Shown here: piece by piece, positions 9,125-18,106 of the stretch
Numbering within the stretch: the first letter of the stretch is position 1
How the letters are laid out: every line of letters begins with the position of its first letter
From: an uncultured Lentisphaeria bacterium
GTDB taxonomy: Bacteria; Verrucomicrobiota; Lentisphaeria; Victivallales; UBA1829
Direction of reading: 5' to 3'
NCBI GenBank assembly: GCA_905197955.1
Contig: CAJKAR010000001.1
Span: 79,764-143,763, forward strand
DNA: 64,000 nucleotides
The notes under the pieces: generated by a model
The model's input: the letters and a program-made list of their open reading frames with translations, nothing else
Databases searched by the model: none
What the model was told of the DNA's origin: nothing
Program-made: the position numbers and the translations under genes

Positions 9125-11725
9125 TTATCCTTTGACAATATCGAACTTGAGGCTGCCTTTGGCGGCATCGATCTTCAGGGTTGATCCTTCGGCGAGCTCC
9201 CCGCCGACGATCAGTTTCGAAACAGGTGTTTCGATTTCCTTCACGATCACCCGTTTCAGCGGACGGGCACCGTAAAGCGGATCGTATCCCTCTTTCGCCA
9301 GAAGCTCCTTCGCCGCCTTGCCGAGTTCGACTTTGATGCCGAGCCCTTCCATTCTCGCGCCGAGGTTTTTCATCTGGATGTCGAGAATCTTTTCGATATC
9401 CTTCAGAGTCAGGGCATGGAACATCAGCGTCTCATCGATTCGGTTCAGGAACTCGGGACGGAAGTTCTGCTTCATCAGCTCCATCACCTGTTCCCGTACC
9501 TTTGCCGTGTCGAGTTCGCCTTTTGCGGCGGCATCCAGCAGGATGTCGCTTCCGAGGTTCGATGTCATGATGATGATCGTGTTCTTGAAATCGACCCTTC
9601 TTCCGCGCGAATCGGTCAAAGCTCCATCGTCAAGGATCTGAAGGAAGATGTTGAACACATCATGATGCGCCTTTTCGATTTCATCGAACAGAATCACCGA
9701 GTACGGGCGCCGGCGGACGGCTTCTGTGAGCTGTCCCCCTTCATCATATCCGACATATCCCGGAGGCGCGCCGACAAGACGCGATACACTGTGTTTCTCC
9801 ATGTATTCCGACATATCTATCCGGATCATCGCGCGTTCATCATCGAACAGATCCTCCGCAAGCGCCTTCGCCAGTTCGGTCTTTCCAACACCGGTCGGCC
9901 CCAGGAAGATGAACGATGCAATCGGGCGTTTCGGATCCTTCAGTCCCGCACGAGCACGCAGAACCGAATCGGCGACCGCATCGACCGCCTCATCCTGTCC
10001 CACCACACGCTCATGCAGTTTTTCCGGCAGGGCAAGCAGTTTCTCCCGTTCGCCCTGAACCAGTTTGCTGACCGGAATGTGGGTCCAGCGGGAGACGATC
10101 TCGGCGATGTCCTCCTCATCAACCTGCTCTTTCAGCAGACGCTTTTCGGACTGCATCTTGATCTTCTCTTCCATCGCGGCGATCTGTTTCTGGATTCCGG
10201 GGATCGTACCGTGCTGCAATTTTGCGGCGGTCTCCAGATCATACGTCCGTTCGGCTTTCGCCAGTTCGGCTTTTGCCACTTCCAGGCTTTCACGCAGGGT
10301 GCGGATCTCGGAGATCGAATTCTTTTCCGCATCCCATTCGCTTTTCAGCAGCGCGGCCTGCTCCTTGACCTCAGCGAGTTCCTTTTCGATATCCTCGCGA
10401 CGGGCGACGGATGCCGGATCGGTCTCCTTCTTCAACGCAGCCTGCTCAATTTCCAGACGCATTCTTTTGCGTTCCAGTTCATCGATCTCGACAGGGCAGG
10501 AGTCGATTTCCGTCCGCAGTTTTGCGGCCGCTTCGTCGATGAGGTCGATTGCCTTGTCGGGCAGGAACCGGTCCGCGATGTACTTGTCGGAAAGCGTCGC
10601 AGCGGCAATGATCGCGGAGTCCTTGATCTTCACGCCATGATGCACTTCATAACGCTCTTTCAGACCACGCAGAATGGAAATCGTATCCTCCACGCTCGGC
10701 TGGGGAACCAGAACCGCCTGGAAACGACGCTCCAGCGCGGGATCTTTTTCAATATATTTCCGATACTCGTCCAGCGTCGTTGCACCGATGCAGTGCAGTT
10801 CGCCGCGCGCCAGAAGAGGCTTCAGCAGATTGCCCGCATCCATAGCCCCTTCGCCGCCGGCTCCTGCGCCGACCACCGTGTGCAGTTCGTCGATGAACAG
10901 AATGATCTTTCCTTCCGAAGAGGTCACTTCCTTGAGAACCGCTTTCAAACGTTCCTCGAATTCGCCTCTGTATTTTGCTCCTGCGATCAGGGCGCCCATG
11001 TCAAGCGCGACCAGTTTTTTCTCTTTCAGTCCTTCCGGTACATCGCCGCTCATAATACGGATAGCGAGGCCCTCCACGATGGCGGTCTTGCCGACACCCG
11101 GCTCACCGATCAGCACCGGATTGTTCTTCGTTCTGCGGGAAAGAATCTGAATCGCACGACGGATCTCGTCGTCTCTTCCGATCACCGGATCGAGCTTGTT
11201 CTGCGCTGCCGCGGCGGTCAGGTCGCGACCATATTTTTCCAGCGCCTCGAAGGTCGATTCCGGAGAATCGTTCGTGACACGCTGATTTCCGCGCACCGCC
11301 TTCAGAGCATTCAGCACATTCGCCTCGTTCACACCGAGATCCGAAAGCAGTTTCGCGCACCTTTTATCCACATTCAGCAAAGCAAGGAACAAGTGCTCCA
11401 CGCTGATGTAATCATCTTTCATGCGTTCGGCAATGTTCTTCGCCTCAACCAGAGTCTGGCTGAAGTCACGCGACGTATAGGACTGCTGCGCTCCCGGTCC
11501 GCTCACGGACGGAATCGACCGCAGTTCCTGCTCGATCGCCAGACTCAAACGGCCGTAATCAACATTCATTTTCTTCATCAGAGAGGGGATCAATCCGCCT
11601 TCCTGATCGACCAGAGCCTTCAACAGGTGAATCGGCCGGATCTCCTGATGACCGTATTCCGCCGCAATGTTCTGCGACGCAATCATAGCTTCTCTGGATT
11701 TCGTTGTCAGTTTTTCCATATCCAT
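9125..11725 (-). CDS. clpB: ATP-dependent chaperone/disaggregase ClpB
   Basis: 866 aa with two AAA+ modules (Walker A GEPGVGKT and GPTGVGKT), a long middle coiled-coil and a Clp N-domain. Confidence 0.98.
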   Translation of the reverse strand: MDMEKLTTKSREAMIASQNIAAEYGHQEIRPIHLLKALVDQEGGLIPSLMKKMNVDYGRLSLAIEQELRSIPSVSGPGAQQSYTSRDFSQTLVEAKNIAERMKDDYISVEHLFLALLNVDKRCAKLLSDLGVNEANVLNALKAVRGNQRVTNDSPESTFEALEKYGRDLTAAAAQNKLDPVIGRDDEIRRAIQILSRRTKNNPVLIGEPGVGKTAIVEGLAIRIMSGDVPEGLKEKKLVALDMGALIAGAKYRGEFEERLKAVLKEVTSSEGKIILFIDELHTVVGAGAGGEGAMDAGNLLKPLLARGELHCIGATTLDEYRKYIEKDPALERRFQAVLVPQPSVEDTISILRGLKERYEVHHGVKIKDSAIIAAATLSDKYIADRFLPDKAIDLIDEAAAKLRTEIDSCPVEIDELERKRMRLEIEQAALKKETDPASVARREDIEKELAEVKEQAALLKSEWDAEKNSISEIRTLRESLEVAKAELAKAERTYDLETAAKLQHGTIPGIQKQIAAMEEKIKMQSEKRLLKEQVDEEDIAEIVSRWTHIPVSKLVQGEREKLLALPEKLHERVVGQDEAVDAVADSVLRARAGLKDPKRPIASFIFLGPTGVGKTELAKALAEDLFDDERAMIRIDMSEYMEKHSVSRLVGAPPGYVGYDEGGQLTEAVRRRPYSVILFDEIEKAHHDVFNIFLQILDDGALTDSRGRRVDFKNTIIIMTSNLGSDILLDAAAKGELDTAKVREQVMELMKQNFRPEFLNRIDETLMFHALTLKDIEKILDIQMKNLGARMEGLGIKVELGKAAKELLAKEGYDPLYGARPLKRVIVKEIETPVSKLIVGGELAEGSTLKIDAAKGSLKFDIVKG

Positions 11726-11895
11726 AGATGTTTCTCCTTTTTTTCTGTCGGAATAAGCATATTCCTTGCCAATCTGGAATGTCCCCTGTCCGCGCCTTCG
11801 GAAAGCACTTGACGGGAGTCATTTCCGGCGGGACCGCCCTCCTCCACGGCCCCGATTGCCTTGAAAATGTCTCATTTTCCGCCCAAACTGCGACA

Positions 11896-13271
11896 TTATG
11901 ACACAGCAGGAGAATCTTCTCTTTCCCGTTTTGAGCGCAGAACGCGCCAGACAGCCACCGCCAGTCCAAACATGATCCATTTCGACACCGGCACCGCGGC
12001 CCACACTCCCGACAACCCGAAAAAGTACGGCAGCACAAACAATGCCAGAGGGAACATCACGCAGAAATCCCCATAAATCAGGGTGGAAGCCAGCGTACTG
12101 CGTCCCTCGGCCTGGAAATAGGCGCAGAAAATCTGAAAGATCGCAAGCGGAATCAGCGACAGGGAAGTTATGACCAGAGCCGGATCTGTCACACGGATCA
12201 GCGACGGCGTCGCATGAAAGGCCTCCGGAATCACGCTGTTTCCGAACAGAAGCGCCAGCGCGAACAGCACTCCGACTCCCCCGGAAAACAGCAGTCCGTA
12301 ACGGAGAAATCTCCGTTTCCGGTTCTCCGCCCCGCAGCCATGATGATAACTGACCGGCGGCTGAATCCCCAGTCCGATTCCTTCCGAAAGCATCATCAGC
12401 GGGGTCGTGACATAGGAGATAATCGCATAGGCCGCCACAGCGACCAGTCCGCCGTAACGCTGCGCCTGAATATTGTGCAGGAGAATCAGCATGGCACCCA
12501 TCATCTGGAGTCCGAACGAAGGCAGTCCGGTCAGCACGATCGTGCCGAGAATGGAGCCATACGGACGCAGATGCCTGATCCGGAACGCAAAATCGAATTT
12601 CCCTCTGATAAAATAGATCACAGCAAGCAGAGCCGTCAGGAACTGCGCCGCAACGGTTGCCCATGCGGACCCCTTCACCCCGAACGGATATACCAGAACC
12701 AGAAGATAATCCAGAACAATATTGGCGATCAGACCGGCAAGCATGATGAACATGGCACGGAACTGCTTGCGATCATGACGCATCACTGCCAGCAGGGAGG
12801 AGGTGATGATCTGGAACAGGCATCCCATCCCGACGATCCGCGCATAATCCTCCGCCATGCCGACAATCTTTACATCCGCTCCCATCCACCCGACCAGTCC
12901 ACTGTAAAGCGGAGCCGCCAGAGTCAGAGGAACTCCCAGCGGAATCATCGCCGAAATCAGATTTCCAAAAAAAGTCCAGCAGTCAGCGGCTTGCCGCGTC
13001 CGCGGCAGTAGGCGATCGTAATCCCCGTCCCGTTGCCGAGCATCTCGCCAAGCCCCAGGAAAAAACAATAAAACGGAAACGCCACATTGATGGCGGCAAG
13101 AGCATCATCCCCGGCTCCCCAGCCGACAAACAAGCCGTCCACTACCGTATAGATTCCGGCAAGGAGCATGCCTACCGTCGCGGGAACGGAATAGCCGATG
13201 AAACTACGGAAATCCGAATTCTTCTGCAAAAATAAACTCTTCATAACAACACCTGAACTCTCCGACGGCAA
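11896..13271 (-). pseudogene. MATE family efflux transporter interrupted by a frameshift
   Basis: The N-terminal 104-aa ORF (12957..13271) and the 390-aa ORF (11896..13068) are consecutive parts of one MATE protein in different frames. Adding one T to the T7 run (A7 on + strand, 12967..12973) joins them as ...GKPLTAGLFFGNLISAMIPLG... Confidence 0.75.
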
Positions 13272-13591
13272 AACACGCCGTCTTTACCGCAGACAGCCTC
13301 TGAGCCGGTCGCAACCGCACAAGCCGTCCTGCGAAACAAATCCGCATAACTGCGTCTTCTGAATACGGGGGATTTTTTTCAAGGGGGAAGAGTGGCGTTT
13401 GTCCTATAAGGCAAGTCCCGCAAATCCTGAACGGGTAACAGATGAATAACAGACGCCACCAAATATCCATCCCCCGTAATCGCGAGTCACGGCAAACGGA
13501 TCGGATACCGTCGTAAAGGACAGTCCCGCTGTATGGATCGTCTTGTTTTCTGTTTTCATCATCGGTTCACTTTCTTGCGGTTCTCTTTCTG

Positions 13592-13619
13592 ACCTTAGCA
13601 CATTTTTTAAAAAAGTCAA
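13592..13619 (-). promoter_or_regulatory. Candidate sigma70 promoter for the MATE leader transcript
   Basis: On the minus strand: TTGACT (13614..13619), 16-nt spacer, TAAGGT (13592..13597). It lies about 330 nt upstream of the MATE start. Confidence 0.4.
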
Positions 13620-13758
13620 ATTTCCCACAGATCCCCCTCCCCTTCTGCACTCCTCTCCCCCCTGCCGGAACGGAATTGAAATCTCCTCATTGAAAATCCT
13701 GCCCGCTGAGGGATTCTCCCCATTCAGAAGCGTTTTCCGAAAAAAATCCGGACCCGAT

Positions 13759-13787
13759 TTGATTTTTTCAATTATGAATGATATATT
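13759..13787 (+). promoter_or_regulatory. Candidate sigma70 promoter for the IclR/FAD-oxidoreductase operon
   Basis: TTGATT (13759..13764), 17-nt spacer, TATATT (13782..13787). Confidence 0.45.
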
Positions 13788-13941
13788 TTTCAATAAGAGA
13801 GAATATTTTTATCATTAATAAAAACATGCAGGGATTTCGTGCTTAGTCCGACCTGTGCATCGGCGCCGGATTGCGACAGGAGCACCGCCCTTGACCGGGG
13901 AAAGATACCGGTGCATTTTCCGTATCACAAAAGGGAAGATC

Positions 13942-14685
13942 ATGGTTCAATCGGTGGAACGCTGTGCTGGGATTCTGAACTGTGTTGCAGAACATCCGGA
14001 AGGAATGACTCTGGGCAGAGTGGCGGAGGAGATGGGACTGAAATATCCAACCGTCTACAATCTGGTCATGAGTCTGACGGAATGCGGGCTTCTGGAAAAG
14101 GATGCGGAGAATATTCTTTATCCGGGCAGACAGCTTGGAGTGCTGAACGCCTGCCGTCTGCGTTCCGCATATATCCGGCAGCTGAAACGGATGGCATCGG
14201 ATCTTGCGGGATATCCGCAAGAACACACGATCGCGTTTTCCATCATCCGCGACCACCGCATGGAGGGAATCGCGCACAAAGGACTCCGGGAAAAACAGTT
14301 GAAGTTCGGGCGCTATGATTTTCATCTGTTCGACACGGTGGCGGGTATCGTTTTTTTCGCCTTTCTGCCGGAGAAGGAGCAGAAGGAACTGATGAAATGG
14401 AACAAGGATGCTCCGGAATTCAAACAGTACTGGGGAACAGAGGAACGCCTGTGGAAAGCGGTGGAACGCTGTCGGAAGAACGGATATTCGCTGCATCCGA
14501 TGGACAATCCGGAGTTTGCCAGAATCGGCGTGCCAGTCTTTGCCGACGGCAGGCTTTTCGGAGCTTTGACCTGGGGATGGAATCCTCCGGGGAAACAGGA
14601 GATCGAAAGAGTCATCCGGCGTCTTCGGAACCTGCCGGAGCTCTCCGCGGAAATCACGCTTGAACCGACTCCGATTCAGGCTTAA
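13942..14685 (+). CDS. IclR family transcriptional regulator
   Basis: Start chosen at MVQSVERCAGIL, preceded by AAGGGAAG. N-terminal wHTH (MTLGRVAEEMGLKYPTVYNLVMSL) plus an IclR-type effector domain. Confidence 0.7.
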   Translation: MVQSVERCAGILNCVAEHPEGMTLGRVAEEMGLKYPTVYNLVMSLTECGLLEKDAENILYPGRQLGVLNACRLRSAYIRQLKRMASDLAGYPQEHTIAFSIIRDHRMEGIAHKGLREKQLKFGRYDFHLFDTVAGIVFFAFLPEKEQKELMKWNKDAPEFKQYWGTEERLWKAVERCRKNGYSLHPMDNPEFARIGVPVFADGRLFGALTWGWNPPGKQEIERVIRRLRNLPELSAEITLEPTPIQA

Positions 14686-14713
14686 AAACAGACAGGATGA
14701 AAAGGGTACAGAA

Positions 14714-15952
14714 ATGGATTTTGATGTGAAGTATGATGTTGCCGTGATCGGCGGCGGCATTGCGGGTGTCGCGGCGGCATTGCAGGCGGCGCGGTCGGGA
14801 AAGAAAACGGTTCTTGTGGAAAAGACGATTCTCCTCGGCGGACTCGCCACAAGCGGACTGGTCTACATCTATCTGCCTCTCTGCGATGGAAACGGACATC
14901 AGGTGACTTTCGGGCTCTGTGAAGAACTCATCCGCAAGAGCATTCAGTACGGTCCGGGCAAGATTCCGGAACACTGGCAGGATGGGAAAAACGCCAGAGA
15001 GGAAGAACGCTTCCGCTGTATCTTTTCGCCGGCGGCATTCATGCTGGCTCTGGATGAGGCGGTGCAGGAGGCGGGAATCGATGTCTGGTTCGACACTCTT
15101 GTCTGCGGAGCGGAAGTCAGCGGAAACCGCCTCACCGGGGCGATCGTGGAAAACGAAAGCGGACGCGGTGTCATTCATGCAAAACGCTTTGTGGATGCCA
15201 GCGGAAGTTCCATTCTGGCGCGTCGCGCAGGAGTCCCCTGTCTGGATGAGAACAATTACCTTTCCATCTGGGCGATCGAATATCGGAAAGATGCCAATCC
15301 GGAAGGGGAAAATCTTGGAAAAAACGTTGCCGTCTGTGCCTGCGGAGCATGGGCGAACGGAGGAACAAGCATGTCCGATCGCGAACTCGCCAGAGCCGGA
15401 CTCACACGCGAAATGCTGCGTCAGGCGCCGTACCGGGGAATCTCCGGCAGAAAAGTTTCGGAATATGTCCTGCGTACACGCAACTGCCTCCGCGAGCATT
15501 TCCTGACCAACTATGAATCCGGAAAATACGATCGCAATTCCAACTACGCTTTGAAACTGCCGGTCATGCCGCAGTTCCGTAAAATTTACTGCATCAAGGG
15601 CGAATACGTCCTCAAGGAGAACGAGCATGCAACGTTCTTCGAGGACTCCATCGGACTGCTTGCTGACTGGAGAAAAGCCGGTTTCGTCTGGGAAATCCCC
15701 TACCGGACTCTCTATCCGGAAAACAGGCTCGGCGGACTGCTCGCCGCAGGACGCTGTTCCGCAGCCAGCGGCGATGCGTGGGAAGTCACCCGGGTCATCC
15801 CCTCGGCCGCCATGACCGGACAGGTCGCAGGACTTGCGGCTGCTCTCTCCATCGACGAAAATGTCGAACCGACGGATCTGAATGTTCCGCTTCTTCAGAC
15901 AGAACTCCGGAAACTCGGATTTCCGCTTCATCTTGCAGATGTCGGTCTCTGA
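14714..15952 (+). CDS. FAD-dependent oxidoreductase
   Basis: Start at MDFDVKYDVAVIGGGIAGVAAALQAARSGKKTVLVEK, a GxGxxG dinucleotide fold followed by a conserved acidic residue. Confidence 0.75.
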   Translation: MDFDVKYDVAVIGGGIAGVAAALQAARSGKKTVLVEKTILLGGLATSGLVYIYLPLCDGNGHQVTFGLCEELIRKSIQYGPGKIPEHWQDGKNAREEERFRCIFSPAAFMLALDEAVQEAGIDVWFDTLVCGAEVSGNRLTGAIVENESGRGVIHAKRFVDASGSSILARRAGVPCLDENNYLSIWAIEYRKDANPEGENLGKNVAVCACGAWANGGTSMSDRELARAGLTREMLRQAPYRGISGRKVSEYVLRTRNCLREHFLTNYESGKYDRNSNYALKLPVMPQFRKIYCIKGEYVLKENEHATFFEDSIGLLADWRKAGFVWEIPYRTLYPENRLGGLLAAGRCSAASGDAWEVTRVIPSAAMTGQVAGLAAALSIDENVEPTDLNVPLLQTELRKLGFPLHLADVGL

Positions 15953-15967
15953 GAGTCTGCCCTCTAC

Positions 15968-16005
15968 GCCCCGTCCCCTGCGTCGCGTTGCGCAGGGGAC
16001 GGGGC
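15968..16005 (+). terminator. Strong GC-rich hairpin after the FAD oxidoreductase
   Basis: Perfect 15-bp stem (15968..15982 pairs with 15991..16005) with an 8-nt loop, 16 nt after the stop codon. There is no clear U-tract. Confidence 0.6.
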
Positions 16006-16186
16006 TGTAATTTCCCGTAAAAGTACGTTTGATTTTTTCTTCTTTTTCCAATTTTCTCCCCTCTACCATCCCCTTCCGGATCCCCTTGCGGCAAAATAGA
16101 GAATCTGTACTGATTTTTCCATTTCTCTTCCGACTTCTCCTCTTTTTCCGGAAAAAAATTCATTTTTTTGCATTTTTCACTTGCAA

Positions 16187-16256
16187 ACCTGTAAATTCCA
16201 GTTTAATTTAGTTTACAGAAAAAATATTCGGGGGTCCGGACCTGCAAATTCCAGGT
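16187..16256 (+). promoter_or_regulatory. Repeated palindromic motif upstream of lexA (candidate operators)
   Basis: ACCTGTAAATTCCAG (16187..16201) and ACCTGCAAATTCCAGGT (16240..16256) are a 15-nt direct repeat with one mismatch. The second copy is ACCTG-N7-CAGGT. A CTGTAAA-N16-TTTACAG inverted repeat spans 16189..16218. A TTGCAA -35-like hexamer sits at 16181..16186. Confidence 0.45.
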
Positions 16257-16302
16257 GCCGGGGATGAAGGAGCAAACAAACATCCGGGAGGGGGGAACCG
16301 CC

Positions 16303-16923
16303 ATGAAGGGGCTGACCGCAAAACAGCACGATATTCTTGATTTTATCGAAGGATTCATCCGTACAGAGAAAATGTCTCCGACCGTTTATGAAATCGCGGA
16401 ACATTTCAAAATCAAAACATCCACCGTATTTGCCCATCTGCGGGCTCTCCAGAAAAAGAACCATATCAGCCGGAGTTCCAAAGCGCGGAGCATTGTTCTG
16501 ACCGGGTTAAAAAGAAAATGGCGTCATCCGGCGGGGCTGCGAGCCATTCCGGTCTACGATGAAGGAATCGACAGCAGACTCTGCTCAGACCCACAGAAAG
16601 AACTTTACTGCGATTCCTCGCTCTTCGAAAAAACGCTCCATACAGACAGCCGCAATCTCTATGCGCTTCGTGTCCACGGCAGCGGAATGAAGGAGTTCGG
16701 AATCCTTGACGGTGATATTGCGATCGTAAAACGGCATCCCGATTCCGTCAAGAAAGGCGATATCCTCGTTACCGATGAGAACGGGGAATCCATTCTGAAA
16801 AGCTGTACGGATGTGGAAAACGATCATCTTTTGCTTCTGGATGCGAACGGGAAACGGGAGGAACAATCCATCAAGGATCTTCTTCTCAAGGGGGTTGTTG
16901 TCGGAGTTCAGAGAGCGCTTTGA
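16303..16923 (+). CDS. lexA: LexA-like repressor (wHTH + S24 peptidase fold) with atypical catalytic and cleavage motifs
   Basis: Start at MKGLTAKQHDILDFIEGFIR, preceded by GGGAGGGGGG. The N-terminus is LexA-type (MSPTVYEIAEHFKIKTSTVFAHLRALQKKNHI). The C-terminus is S24-like (VHGSGMKEFGILDGDIAIV). Confidence 0.75.
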   Translation: MKGLTAKQHDILDFIEGFIRTEKMSPTVYEIAEHFKIKTSTVFAHLRALQKKNHISRSSKARSIVLTGLKRKWRHPAGLRAIPVYDEGIDSRLCSDPQKELYCDSSLFEKTLHTDSRNLYALRVHGSGMKEFGILDGDIAIVKRHPDSVKKGDILVTDENGESILKSCTDVENDHLLLLDANGKREEQSIKDLLLKGVVVGVQRAL

Positions 16924-16977
16924 ATGGAAAACACCCTCTTTCAACGAATGAGGAAAAGCCGGACGGCACTGTACCGC

Positions 16978-18024
16978 TCAGCTTTCCTGCAATGGCACTT
17001 TGATCGGGATCTGTTCCGGAGGCAGAGTTTTATCGTTTATCAGGGCGAACACTCTGTTCACGCCGGCTGCGGTATACTCCCGAATCGGGGGATCATAAGA
17101 CCATCCGCCGGGAACCGGAATGTTTTCCCGGTAAATGCCATTGTTGACAAGACGGCACTTCTCCTTCCGGTCAGCCCCAAGCGAATCGAAAATATTCAAT
17201 ACCTTGTCAACGAGGAACAAGGGATTCACCACGGCATCCACGGGAACACCGAGTTCCAGAAATTCTTTCAGTCTGGCAAGACTGCTTTCGCATCCGGAAA
17301 GAAAGAGTTTTTCATTCAGCGGCTGTCCGGCCTCCGCGAAAGTGCGGAGAAGAGAATCGCGCGCGGCGTTCCATGGTCTGCGGTCCGCCAGAAAAACAAC
17401 GTTCCGGCGGTGCTCCGCAAGAAGGCGGTTTGCGATTTCCGTTCCCAGCGCGTCCATGTCAAAATAGACACAATCGCAGCCGGGCATCGGTTCGCTTTTC
17501 ATCACGACCACAGGCAGGCCGTGCCGACGCAGAGCCAGAATGGTTTTTGCATCGACAGTCGGCCCCTCCCAGATCAGTCCATCGAGATCCTCCGCCAGAA
17601 TCTCCTTTACAATTTTCTCCCGATTTGTGGAAGTCAGGTTGATTATGTGGAGAACCGCGGGCCGATGAATCACCTGTTCCAGCGCCTGGGCAAGCACAGC
17701 TCCGAAAAAGATCTCGTAATGCACGACCATCCCGTCACCGAAAATAATGCCGATAATCGGCATTCCGTCCATATTCCCCCCCTTCTGACTGCCCTCGATA
17801 TTGGGGTTGATGAACGAACCGATTCCGGGACGACCGATGACGTAGCCGTCATCGGTCAAAGTTTTCATCGCCTTGCTGACGGTGGGCCGACTGCACCCGA
17901 ACTGCTTTGCCAGTTCCTGAGCCGTCGGCAGCTGGAGAGCCTTTCCACCCGCCCGGTGAATCCGATTCAGCACATAGCGCCGAATCTTCATATATTCTGC
18001 TGAAAAAACTGTTCTTTCTGCCAT
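16978..18024 (-). CDS. AraR-type chimeric regulator (GntR wHTH + LacI/GalR-type sugar-binding domain)
   Basis: N-terminal GntR-like HTH (LPTAQELAKQFGCSRPTVSKAMKTLTDDGYV) followed by a ~270-aa periplasmic-binding-protein-like domain. Confidence 0.7.
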   Translation of the reverse strand: MAERTVFSAEYMKIRRYVLNRIHRAGGKALQLPTAQELAKQFGCSRPTVSKAMKTLTDDGYVIGRPGIGSFINPNIEGSQKGGNMDGMPIIGIIFGDGMVVHYEIFFGAVLAQALEQVIHRPAVLHIINLTSTNREKIVKEILAEDLDGLIWEGPTVDAKTILALRRHGLPVVVMKSEPMPGCDCVYFDMDALGTEIANRLLAEHRRNVVFLADRRPWNAARDSLLRTFAEAGQPLNEKLFLSGCESSLARLKEFLELGVPVDAVVNPLFLVDKVLNIFDSLGADRKEKCRLVNNGIYRENIPVPGGWSYDPPIREYTAAGVNRVFALINDKTLPPEQIPIKVPLQES

Positions 18025-18106
18025 AATCCATCAGTTTCCACAAAACCTGTTTTCTCTTATGCGGTGATAAGATAAAACCGGGATTTTATTTTGCAAGCAT
18101 CAATCC

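Noticed and set aside
13404-13793. 129-aa minus-strand ORF filling the MATE/IclR intergenic region.
   Set aside because: It spans both divergent promoter candidates and a C-rich low-complexity tract, and has no motifs. Only its last ~52 codons, which have their own ATG, are kept as a speculative uORF.
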